NCBI RefSeq assembly: GCF_006345805.1
Contig: NC_043005.1
Location: 47,554,001 to 47,618,000, forward strand
Source: Octopus sinensis
Lineage: Eukaryota
Length of the DNA stretch: 64,000 nt
Direction: 5' to 3'
The notes beneath the pieces were generated by a model. That model was not told where the DNA came from. It searched no databases and saw only the letters and a program-made list of their open reading frames with translations. Each line of letters starts with the position of its first letter. The stretch's first letter is position 1. Below are positions 27,645 through 39,480 of this stretch, piece after piece. The translations under genes were made by a program, and so were the position numbers.

Positions 27645-27919
27645 TGCTGGTGCCACATAAAAAGCACCCATGCTGGCACCACATAAAAAGCACCCATGGT
27701 AGTGCCATGTAAAAGAGCACCCATGCCAGTGCCACATAAAAGTTCTTGTGCTGGATCCACATAAAAAGCACCCAATACACTGTGATGTAGTTGACATTAG
27801 TAAGCACATCTAGCTATAGAAACCATGCAAAAAAAGAAACTGGAGCCAGGTGCAGCCCTCTGACTTGTCAGCTGCTGTCAAACTATCCAACCCATGCCAG
27901 CAGGGAAAATACACATCTA

Positions 27920-27950
<31 letters not shown>

Positions 27951-27960
27951 CGACAACAAC
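27645..27960 (+). mobile_element. RTE 3' tail fragment with a 5 x ~26-nt minisatellite
   Basis: Units tgctggtgccacataaaaagcaccca at 27645-27774, then ...ccaacccatgccagca... and (GAT)n. Confidence 0.75.
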
Positions 27961-28935
27961 AATGATATGAATGCCTCTTTATTTCATTTATTCATTCACT
28001 GGTATTTTTCTTTACTATATTTTTTTCGTTATTTTCTTTCTGTTTACTTTTGTAAATGGTATCGTTTTCACTAAATTAATTAGGTGTTATGTTTGTTTGA
28101 CAATGACTTGGTCTGAGCCTGTCTTAAAACTGAAGTAATTACATAGCATGAAAGTAATTGTAGCCTTTTAAAAACACACAAAAATTCAAACTTATATTTT
28201 GCTATTTTTTGTACATATATGTGTGGTAGCCTGTTTTGTGTTTTTGTGAGTTCAAATGTTAAGAATTGCTGAGATGTTCTAGATGATTTGCAGCATTATC
28301 TGAAATTAATAAGATTTTGAATGCAATTTTCTCTTAATTACTATATTCCTTTACCCAGTGAACAAAACTATTCCGAAACCAATCTTCAAAGAATTGCTTA
28401 GTCATCCATGAGTTTTTGTTGTAATGGTTGGTTTAGAAGAATCTTGTGATTACTAACTTTTTAATTTGGACTGATAAGCTGTATAGAGGAGACAACTAGT
28501 AGAGGTTAGCATTCTTCACTATGCCCACTAATGACCAACATCATGATCACCTGTTATCATTACTATTGACTACCACAAACCAATGAAAAGTTTTCACTAG
28601 TCTTTTAACCTACGAGGAATAACAGCTAAATCTCCTTCAATTTGCTATTTGTTGTATTTAGATAGAAAAACATTTTGAACATATTTCGTTTTAGGATTTG
28701 GTTTGCAAGATTCTTTATTTGTGTTCATGTGTTGAAGCACATTCTGTTTTTGCTTATAATTAAGTCTGTAATTGAAAGAAGAAATTAAACTTGCTTTTCC
28801 AAAGATTTTGACAGTTCTAGGTGGTACCTGCATAAACCCTTCTGTTTTACTCACTGTTTTTACATTTTTACTTTTAAATCCCTGATACATTTTCTATAGT
28901 ATCTGCAATAACTTATGCTCTATTATTCTCATCTA

Positions 28936-28998
<63 letters not shown>

Positions 28999-29010
28999 CA
29001 CATATATATA

Positions 29011-29864
29011 TACAAGGTCTGATCAATAAATATCTGGACTGTTGCCATAGTAATGAAGCTAAGGCACACAGAGTAAAGCCACTTGACAAAGATTGACCTT
29101 GAACTCTGTTGCACGTGCACACTAAGTTTTACTGTCCTAGCTCACTTCTACTGTTTGCAGCAGTGCTTGGAAGGAAAGTGTGTAGCATGTGATCATCGCA
29201 TTAACCATGCCAGAGAAAGGTGTTCATGGCGATACCTGCTCAGAGGCCTATACAAAGTTGCAGAAAGTGTATGAGCTGCACACATGTATGAGTAGTTCAG
29301 ACGTTTCCAAAATCACTGAAAAATGTCAATATTGACGAATGTTCTGGGAGACCTGCAACCAGCAGAACTGAGAAAAACATCACAGATGTGCCAGCAGCTG
29401 TCAGAGGAAATCGTCAAATCACCATCTGTGAGTTATCATACGATGTGCAGATTAGTTATGGTTCAGTTCAGTCCATTATCACTGAAGATTTTGGTATGAG
29501 ATGCATGTCTGCCAAGTTTGTGGCAAAACTGCTTTCAGCTGACCAAAAAGACACTTGGTTTTCAGTTGCACAAGATCTCCTTGATTCTGTCAAGAATGAG
29601 GAAAACGTTTTGAAAACTTTTTGAAAACTTTGCATAGGCCTCTAAGCAGGTATCACCAAGCTTTTGGAAAAATTTGATGCAGATTCTCTGCTCACACCTT
29701 CCTTCCAAGCACTGCTGTAAACAATAGAAGTAAGTTAGAACAATGAAACTTAATGCACATGCACAGCAGACTTCAAGGCCAATCTGTACCAAGCAGTTTC
29801 ACACTGTGTGATTGAGCTTTGTTACTATGGCAATAATCCAGATACTTCTTGATCAGACCACATA
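29011..29864. mobile_element. mariner-derived fold-back element made of two inverted 5' ends
   Basis: tacaaggtctgatcaataaatatctggactgttgccatagtaa on the left versus the reverse complement of ttactatggcaataatccagatacttcttgatcagaccacata on the right. Plus strand encodes ...DECSGRPATSRTEKNI...VRGNRQITICELS...GSVQSIITEDFGMRCMSAKFVAKLL. Minus strand encodes EQRICIKFFQKLGDTCLEAY. Confidence 0.85.
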
Positions 29865-30314
29865 TATAAATATATACCAGAATGGGATATTCCATAGCTT
29901 AATCTCAATAGTCCCACTAAATATCAACTTACATACTGATGGTATTTATCATACCTGTCTAAATGTCTGTAGAATTGTAATAGCTGTGTGAACATAGTTG
30001 TGGATTGACAGATTGTAAGTTCAGTTTCATTGCAAGAATTTCATGATATTTTTAGGTAAGGCAAATTTTTCTACATATTCAAGTGCTCCTATCTATTAAG
30101 AATATATAGCAAATCATCTGACAATGTCACTAGAGATAACCTGAGATCATATTCAAGAAAAGATTTATATTTCACCTGCTTAATATCGTTAATGTGATGC
30201 CCTTAAAATCTCACCAGGGTATTGGAGTTATTTAAATTATCTGAAGTTAACTATTCTATGGCCTTATGACTGGAATCTACTCTTCCTTTCAGACTAATTC
30301 ATTATCATATGAAT

Positions 30315-33300
30315 TCATCATCATCATCATCATCATCGTCGTTTAACGTTCGTTCTCCATGCTAGCATGGGTTGGACGGTTCGACCGGGGATCTGGGAAG
30401 CCAGAAGGCTGCACCAGGCTCCAGTCTTATCTGGCAGTGTTTCTACAGCTGGATGCCCTTCCTAACGCCAACCACTCCGTGAGTGTAGTGGGTGCTTTTT
30501 ACGTGCCACCTGCACAGGTGCCAGGCGAGGCTGGCAACGGCCACGGTCGGATTGGTGTATTTTATGTGCCACCGGCAGGAAGCCAGACGAGGCGGTGCTG
30601 GCATCGGCACGAGTCGGATGGTGCTTTTACGTACCACCAGACCAGGGATCCTGGCTGGTTCAATTCGATTTTGATTTCGATTTCGCTTGCCCCACATGTC
30701 TTCGCAAGCAGGGGGTTGGCATGGGTGCCTGTTGTACGGTCAGATTGGTGTATTTTGCGTGCCACGGCACGGAAGCCAGCGGAGGCGGCACTGGCATTGG
30801 CCACGAGTTGGATAGTGCTTTTTACGTACCACCAGACCAGGGAACCTGGCTGGTTCGATTCGATTTCGCTTGCCCCAACATGTCTTCGCAAGCAAGGGGG
30901 TTGGCATGGGTGCCTGTCGTACGGTCAGATTGGTGTATTTTACGTGCCACCGGCACAGAAGCCAGTGGAGGCGGCGCTGGCATCGGCCACGAGTCGGATA
31001 GTGCTTTTTACGTACCACCAGACCAGGGATCCTGGCTGGTTCAATTCGATTTTGACTTCGATTTCGATTTCGCTTGCCCCAACATGTCTTCGCAAGCAAG
31101 GGGGTTGGCATGGGTGCCTGTCGTCGGATGAGGTTCTATATCGACTTCGCTTGCCTCAACAGGTCTTTGTGTCCAAGGGAGGAAAGGCATTCATAAGTGG
31201 GCTGGGCTCACTTGTCCTGCCTGGTCTTCTCACGTACAGAATATTTCCAAAGGTCTCGGTCGCTGGTCATTTCCTCAGTGAGGCCTAAAGTTCGAAGGTC
31301 GTGCTTCACCACCACCTCGTCCCAGGTTTTCCTGGGTCTACCTCTTCCACGGGTTCCCTCAACTGCTATGGATTGGCACTTTCTCACACACCTATCTTCA
31401 TCCATCTCACCACATGACCATACCAGCGCAATCGTCTCTCTTGCACACCACAACTGATGCCTCTTAGGTACAACATTTCTCTCAAGGTGCTAACGCTCTG
31501 TCGAGTATGTACACTGACATTACACATCCATCGGAGCATACTGGCTTCATTCCTCACGAGCTTACGCATATCCTCGGCAGTCACGGCCCATGTTTCACTG
31601 CCATGTAGCATGGCTGTTCGTACACATGCATCATACAGTCTGCCTTTTACTCTGAGCGAGAGGCCTTTAGTCACCAGCAGAGGTAAGAACTCCCTAAACT
31701 TTGCCCAGGCTATTCTTATTCTAGCAGTTACACTTTCAGCGCACCCACCCCCACTACTGACTTGGTCACCTAGATAACGGAAGCTATCAACTACTTCTAG
31801 TTTTTTCCCCTTGGAAAGTGACTGAAGTTATTTTCTGCAGATTTTCGGAGGTTAATGCTCCTGAGCATCTGCCACATACAAAAACTATCTTCCCAGTTAG
31901 CCTACCTTTGACATTGCTGCACCTCTTATGTGTCCATAGCTTACACTGGGTACATCTTATAGAGTTTCTACCTACACCTTTTCTACAGATCGAGCAGGGC
32001 CATCTTCCTGAAGACATTTGTGGATTGTCTACCTTCCCACTTATTAGTACTTTGGTTTTAGCTAGGTTGACTCTAAGCCCCCCCGATTCTAAACCCTCCT
32101 TCCACACCTGGAACTTCTCCTCCAGCTCTGATAGTGACTCAGCAATAAGAGCAAGGTCGTCAGCGTAGAGGAGCTCCCAGGGACAACCTGTCTTGAATTC
32201 CTCCGTAATTGCCTGTAGGACTATGATAAATAGGAGGGGGCTGAGTACTGAACCCTGGTGGACCCCAACCTCTACTTTGAATTCTTCTGTGTACATGTTG
32301 CTAACCCTAACCTTACTTACGGCATCTCTGTACATGGCTTGCACAGTCCTCACCAGCCATTCATCTATCCCTAGTTTCCTCATTGACCACCAGATAAGGG
32401 ATCGGGGGACCCTATCAAAAGCTTTCTCCATGTCAACAAAAGCCAGGTACAGGGGCTTATCTTTGGCTAGGTATTTCTCCTGCAGCTGCTTACCAGGAAT
32501 ATAGCATCCATGGTACTTTTCCCTTGCACGAACCCAAACTGCATCTCATCTAAACTAACTCTCTCTCCAATTAGTTGGGCTATGACCCTCTCCGTAACCT
32601 TCATTACTTGATCCAACAGCTTGATACCTCTGTAATTATTTGTATCTAGGGCATCACCTTACCTTTTGTAGCAGTTGACTAGTATGCTGCTACACCAGTC
32701 ATTGGGTATGACTCCTTCGTGTATCACCTGGTTGACTATACGGGTGACTAGGTTATAGCCGACACTGCCAGATATTTTGAGCATCTCTGCAGTATTCTGA
32801 TGGGCCTGGGGCTTTCCCTGTCTTCATGCTTCTAATTGCCTTAGCTACCACGGAACTATCAACTCGGATAGCTGGTCCCTCTGTTGGGTCAACATTCGGC
32901 AGACTCTCTTTATCCCATTCATTTTCTTTATTCAGCAACCTTTATAGTGGCATCTCCAAACTCTCTCTTTGCATCCTCATTTAGTGCAAGTGAACCATCA
33001 TCCATGCGAACACACTTCTCTCCTACCACATCACGATCTCTCTCTCACCACACTGTCTTGCAACACGAAATACCTCAAGTCTTTCATCCTCACGGCTCAG
33101 AACATTGGCAATTTTTTCTTATCCGCTTCCCCTCTGGCTAAATAAACTGTCTCCTAGCTTCCCTTCTGGCTGTCTGATACAATTCCCTGCTACCACCGTT
33201 CCTCCAGTCCTTCCAAGCCTGTCTCTTTTGTCTAATAGCCCTGTCAACCACAGAGTTCCACCACCATGTTACTCTGGGTCGAGATGGTACTTTGCTCCAT

Positions 33301-33419
33301 CCACAGATCTGGTCAGTGGCTGTCAGCAGATTGTCCCGTAGAAATCTCCAGTTGCCTTCCACATTAAGTGAAGCTATATCCCCTTCTATTTCGTCAAAGG
33401 CTTCGAGTAGTATGTCTCT
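30315..33419 (-). mobile_element. RTE-clade LINE, 5'-truncated and frameshifted (RT domain, zinc-binding insert, thumb, 3'UTR, (GAT)n tail)
   Basis: MEKAFDRVPR...GVHQGSVLSPLLF...LLYADDLAL; WPCSICRKGVGRNSIRCTQCKLWTHKRCS; KGRLYDACVRTAMLHGSETW; EGTRGRGRPRKTWDEVV; stop at 31208. No endonuclease domain is present and I see no TSD. Confidence 0.95.
30545..31124. repeat. Three tandem ~185-200 nt GC-rich units in the RTE 3'UTR
   Basis: ggtc(a/g)gattggtgtatttt recurs at 30545, 30738 and 30923. A partial fourth copy of the gaagac.tgttg.ggcaagcg motif lies near 31140-31180. Confidence 0.9.
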
Positions 33420-33557
33420 CTTATAGAGATATTAAAACTTAGTAAATTGAAGCTAAATATTACGTTGGTATAGACAATATGCACTTCTGCAAACGAGTAA
33501 CTTATGACAGACATGCTAAGGTTCTCATACCTATTCATTTTGGCATTGTATCTAACA

Positions 33558-33744
33558 TACCGTATTTTCCAGCATACAAGTTGAAATTTTATGACTAAAA
33601 TTTACAACCAGTAAAAGGTAGTTTGACTTATAGACCAAAACAACTTTGGAGGACCGAAAACTCCATGTGAATTGCAGCAGGATTTTGGATGGTAGTGATG
33701 ATGTTTGAATGTTTACACTGTATACTATGCTGGAAAATACAGTA
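33558..33744. mobile_element. pogo/Tigger-like MITE
   Basis: TACCGTATTTTCCAGCATA (33558-76) and TATGCTGGAAAATACAGTA (33726-44) form a 19-bp inverted repeat including the TA flanks, with 1 mismatch. Confidence 0.85.
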
Positions 33745-33774
33745 TAGTTCAAAAGTATTTGTCACTAATATATA

Positions 33775-33835
<61 letters not shown>

Positions 33836-33857
33836 GTGTATATATATATGTGTGTAT

Positions 33858-33909
<52 letters not shown>

Positions 33910-35000
33910 TATATGTCATATGTCCTTTGGTAAATAAGTTTTAGTGTAATTATCACAATTAATAATTGATGAACATTTTGTTCTCATAGAGTTATGGTAA
34001 AAACTTATATTTTTAATTGTGTACCAAGATTACAGTTTCTAAGTTTCATACTGATTTGAAACTCTCAACATGGAGAAAATATTATGTGAGGGCTTTTGTC
34101 ACAAAAGTCATTATTTTATGCTGGGCTATGTCCATCTTCCTTTCATTTTCTACATGCTTTTCCTTATCATCTTTTACATCAACGTCTAAATATAAAATAG
34201 GGAGAAAGGGGAAAAAAAAAAATAATCGCATCATTGACTGGTTGATCTAGTAGATGAAAGATGTCTTATGGCCACTGGCCAAATGGTTGGTGCAAGAATG
34301 GTCAACAGTATTGAACATCTGCCAATATACTGGAACTACATAAAGAAAAGTGGCCAGAATGGGTTAGGGTCATCGTCAATAGCATAACCTAAAATGAATA
34401 TCATGTGTTGGGCAGTATTATCCAAAAGGAATCTACTTATTAATCTATTGATGTAAGCAGTAGGGGTGCTGGGTTGGTGCTGAAATTCTTCTAAAGCAGC
34501 TCTCAAACAGGTTAAACTTGCTTCATCTTCTTTCTTTCAATTGGAAAATAAGTACATCTTGTTTTGTTTTCAGAAGATCTTGCAATGATCTTCTGAACTA
34601 ACAAAGCTTTTGATTAATGCATTTTCAAATGTGCTGCCATTCAGCAACTGAATTTTCTGTGGAATGATTTTAATAAAGAGTCATTGCAGGGTTTACAAAG
34701 GTCTTGTAATTGGCAAAAAGACATGTAATCCTTCTTAAAACACTCACATTAAATCATAAAAGTGCCCTTCTGAAGAGGCAGAAGTTCAATCAAGCAAAAT
34801 ACTTAAGTCGTATCATGTTAAAATGACAGTTATTTGAAACCAAACCATGAAGAAATAAATATAATTGAAGATTTCTTTGATATTTATTTAAATGGCATTA
34901 TGCTATTTTAAGAGAATTTTATTTTGTGAATGTAATGCGTAAGTCTCATTAATTTACATTACCTATACATGTAAAATGTAGTATGTATATACATACATGC

Positions 35001-35033
<33 letters not shown>

Positions 35034-35138
35034 ATATATATATATGTATATGTATATATATATATATTATATATATATATATGTATATGTATATGTATAT
35101 ATATATATATATGTATATGTATATGTATATGTATATAT

Positions 35139-35187
<49 letters not shown>

Positions 35188-37318
35188 GTTCACACATTTA
35201 TGAAATAGTCCTCATATACAGTTGTTCCATCTTTTTTTTTGTGTCAATGAATATATTGTTTGTATACTCATTATGATTGCATTTGTCAGAGCAAACAATG
35301 TTGACTAAAAATCTATACATATTATAGCAATAAAACAAAATATTAGTATCACATCAGTAATTTTACACATAGACACACACATGAATGCAGGTATATGTGT
35401 ATGGATATATATATATATATATGTAACTGGGCGGTTTTTTCATTAGCGTAAGGAAGTATAAAGTTGAACTGTGAGTATACAGCTTTTCCACAAAATATAA
35501 TGATTCCATGTTCAGTTAATTCTAAGTGTATATTACAAAAACAATTAGCCCAAGTATGTAATCGTTGCAAGGAATGTCCATCTAGTGATAAAAGTGATCA
35601 ATAGATTTAACATAAAAATTTCCACCTGACTGATATTGATAGAAATATATATGACAAATGATAACCTCATAGCTAATAATAGCGGAGTTAGTTGGTTGAT
35701 CATATAGCCAATCGTGACATTTAAGCAGATAAGACTAATGGACTACATGAAACTATGGCTAAGATCTTTGATCTTTAAATAACTCGATGTCTTCAACGTG
35801 TCAGCTGTGTTGGTCTTGGCTTCCGCACTCAACTGTAGCAGTTCAGCTGATATCGTAATTCTTCACTGTTTGTTTAAACAACCATAAAAGAATTCACACA
35901 ACAGAGAGATTTATTTCAAATATTTTCCATTCAAGATTGAATATGAAACTATGTAATCAGTCTCAAAAGAACACTCTAGAATTTTATTGGTGAAAATAGC
36001 AAGGAATGAATCTTAAATGGTAATTCTTGAATGCAGATGAGTCTTATAAATCAATCAATATTCTATTAAACCAAAGCACAAGGAGAAAAAAAAGATAATT
36101 GGAAAATAGATTTATTGTGTCATTTTGCACTGTTTTGTGTACATGACTGTCATGGCTGGATTCAAATTAAGGAAAAATTTAATTTTCAGTTATTTAGTTT
36201 TGGTGTATATATCCTTAAATCTTTGTTTTACAGCAGTAGGTTCATTAAAAGTTTCTTACTCACAGAATCATTGCACCTATCCTTTTTATATTGTGAGCCA
36301 AATTAATTCAGAATTAAAGAACAGGTACTCTGTTGGTAATGACAATGAGAGTTCAAATTGATCCAATCTCATGAAATTAATGTGCAAGTGGTTGGTCAGC
36401 ATGATGCTTTAGTAGAAGACACTTGCCCAAGGTGCTGTACAATGGGACTGAACCCAAGGTTACATGGTTGGAAAGCAAGCTTTTTATCAACACAGCCATG
36501 CCTGCACCCAAAACAACTTATTAGATAAATTAAGATGACTAAGGATCGGACCTTGAAGAATTTGGGCTATAAGTCATCTGCGACATTTAATTAAATCACT
36601 TTACAGTTTAAATCCAGTCCCCCTGAGGTAGTTCTTTCAACCATCTGCTTCAGAATGAGGGTGAATAATATCAGTAATGAACTGGAGTCATTAAAGTAAA
36701 TTGATTTTACCCTCCTTCTCTTCATGGTTGTAGTGTTTGTGCCGAAGCCTGAAATCAATATTTATTAGATAAGTCAAGTGGCATTTGTTAACCATTTAAT
36801 ATCATTATAATTTTGATTATAAATAATGAAGAGACATTAAAGAAGATAAATTATTGATAGTGGATAAGTAAACAGTGTTTTCGAACTAGTCATTCAGGAG
36901 TAATAGTATGGATGGACACTGGTTTACCCTCAAAAGAAATCACTTGTTTTATATTGGTGATTTGTCTGGCATGATTCATTTCGTTCAGCCCCACCCATCC
37001 TTTGAAACGTGGTCTAAGCTGGCAAGGACAAACTTAACCTTATAGTGTATATATCTGTGTTTCACTGTGTACATATTTATGTATATATGTGCGTTTGTAT
37101 GTTTGTATGTATGTATGTATGTATGCATGCATGTATGCATGTATGTATGTATGTATGTATTGTCCCCAGTATCTATATTTAAATGTTTGGTAAATATATT
37201 ATCAATCTTTCATCAAATATTACATGTGTGTGTGTGTATTTTATGTAATAACATGCAAACATATATATACACACACATGTATACATGCATATATATATAT
37301 ATATATATATATACATAC

Positions 37319-37355
<37 letters not shown>

Positions 37356-37450
37356 GGGAAGATTTACGAAAATAAACAAAAGACGAAGGCAGGTGGAGTA
37401 CAAACAAACAAATGTATTAGTGTGGCGCTCAGGAATAGAAATAGAACCAG

Positions 37451-37488
37451 TCTTTTACGTTTCAAGCCTACGCTCTTCGACAGAAAGA
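37451..37488 (-). ncRNA. Type I minimal hammerhead-like motif with variant core (A6U plus extra A)
   Basis: Minus strand: TCTTT CTGTCGA A GAGC-GTAG-GCTT GAAAC GTA^AAAGA. Stem I has 5 bp and the stem III palindrome is ACGT. Confidence 0.65.
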
Positions 37489-37548
37489 TACACAGAAAAG
37501 AAACAAGGAGAAAAAAATGCATGTAGGAGCTAACAGTCTATCATGGCG

Positions 37549-37760
37549 TCATCATCATCATCGTCATTTAACGTCTGCTCTCCATGCTAGCATGGATTAG
37601 ACGGTTTGACTGAGAACTGGTGCGCCAGAAGGCTGCTCCAGGCTCCAATCCAATCTGGGAATGTTTCTACGGCTGAATGCCCTTCCAAATGCCAACCACT
37701 CTGAGAGTGTAGTGGGTGCTTTTTATGTGGCATGTAGTAAGCACCCACTACACTCTCACA
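37549..37760 (-). mobile_element. RTE LINE 3' tail fragment
   Basis: Homologous to 30315-30510. Confidence 0.85.
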
Positions 37761-38049
37761 GTGTATATATATACAAGTTCAACTTGTATCTTGGTTCAAA
37801 ATGGTTACAACATCCTTGGTACTAGGGCACCTTGACTACTGAGGAAGGTGCAGGCTGCAATAAAATATAGCATAAAATATAAAATATAGCTGCAAAGGGA
37901 TATCCAGGTATCATAACGTGGATGCAGCCCCATTCTCCTTAGTGTGTAAAGGCTTAGATCAGATGTATAAGGGATGAAGTGTCCATGGACAAGAATACCC
38001 TACAACTTACTCTAATCATATGGTGCTTCTCCCTACCTCAATGCGTCAC

Positions 38050-38655
38050 CAATTCATCTTCCCATTTTTACCTCCACAAAACAGTTATTTTCTGATGATA
38101 TTTCTTTTTGTTACTTAGTTGTTGTGGACAACTGTTGTAACTGCTTTTGGATTTATCTAGAATCCAAATGTCTGGAAACAAACTATCATATGAAACTGAA
38201 AGCAGTAGTTCAAAATGAATGGTAAAGAGATTACACTGGATATTAAACATGATGGTTTAAAAAATTTGTCATGGAAGAAAAAAAAGAAACTCTGCTACAT
38301 TGCTCAAATATTAAAGCTTGGAACAACTACAGTGAGTACTGGGGTACAATGAAGTTGATTTACCCCATTCTACCATTCCATGACATTGCTGGTCTTGTGC
38401 CAAGACTTGAAACATTGCATACTTCTTCTGGAATATATGCTATTTCAGTAACTATTTTCTTTAGCTGCTCAATGTTAACAACAATCTCTGTATGAGAACC
38501 GGTAGCGTCACCAGCCAATTTTATGCTGTGCAAGTTCAAGGACTTTTTAAATCTTTTAAATCAGCATTTATTAGAAGGAAATGGCTTTTAATTAGAGTTT
38601 TCACCTTCCTTTTGCTGCAACTCATCATACAAACTTATGGCTTTTTATTAAAAAG
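38050..38655 (-). pseudogene. Tigger/pogo transposase relic (inverted copy)
   Basis: KAISLYDELQQKEGENS...FKRFKKSLNLHSIKLAGDA...EQLKKIVTEIAYIPEEVCNV, which matches the CENP-B HTH to DDE-start region of Tigger. Confidence 0.75.
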
Positions 38656-38659
38656 TGAG

Positions 38660-39435
38660 AACAATATGTAACACTAGAGAGAAAATTCAGTCAAGTACCC
38701 AAGAAATTAGTCCTTTAATGGCTTGGAAGTTCATCTAATGTGATGTTTGAAATTGGACAGCTTTTGAGTGTATGGATCAAGGATCAGATTTAATGCAATG
38801 TGCTGATAGCAAGATGGTAATTAAATAAAAAGCCATAAGTTTGTATGATGATTTACTGAAAAAGGTAAGTGAAACTTCTGATTAAAAGCCTTTTCTTTCT
38901 AATAAATGCTGATTTAAAAGATATAAGAAGTCCTTGAACTTGCACAGCATAAAATTGGCTGGTGAAACTGTCAGTGTTGTTTACAGGGGTTGTTGCTAAT
39001 AGTGAACAGCTAAAGAAAATGACTGCTGAAGTGGGTAGATACCAGAGCAAGTATAGATAAAGACCTCCTTCAGTTATAAATGACCATGGGATTGCACCTA
39101 GAAAGTTACCCTCCGAGGCACAAGTCCAGGCAAGATTGTTTATCGATGACCAGCAGTTGCCCATTCATACCAACCTTCCCTCTCCATACCACCAATATTA
39201 TCCAAGGGAAAGGCAAAGGCTGATACAGCTTGGCACTAATGATGTCACGATTCATATCTACAGGTGTAGAAGTGGTTCTGTGATAAGTAGCTTGCTTACC
39301 AACCACATGGTTCGGGTTCAGTCCCACTGCGTGGCACCTTGGGCAAGTGTCTCCTTCTTCTTCTACTATAGCCTTGGGCCGACCAAAGCCTTGTGAGTGG
39401 ATTTGGTAGACAGAAACTGAAAGAAGCCCATCATA

Positions 39436-39480
<45 letters not shown>

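Noticed and set aside
27645-27774. 26-nt repeat array superficially like CRISPR
   Set aside because: Units are contiguous with no unique spacers, the context is a eukaryotic LINE tail, and no cas genes are present.
30359-31288. 309-aa plus-strand ORF, the longest in the window
   Set aside because: It is antisense to the RTE 3'UTR. Its openness and internal repeats follow from the GC-rich 190-nt triplication, and I recognise no domain.
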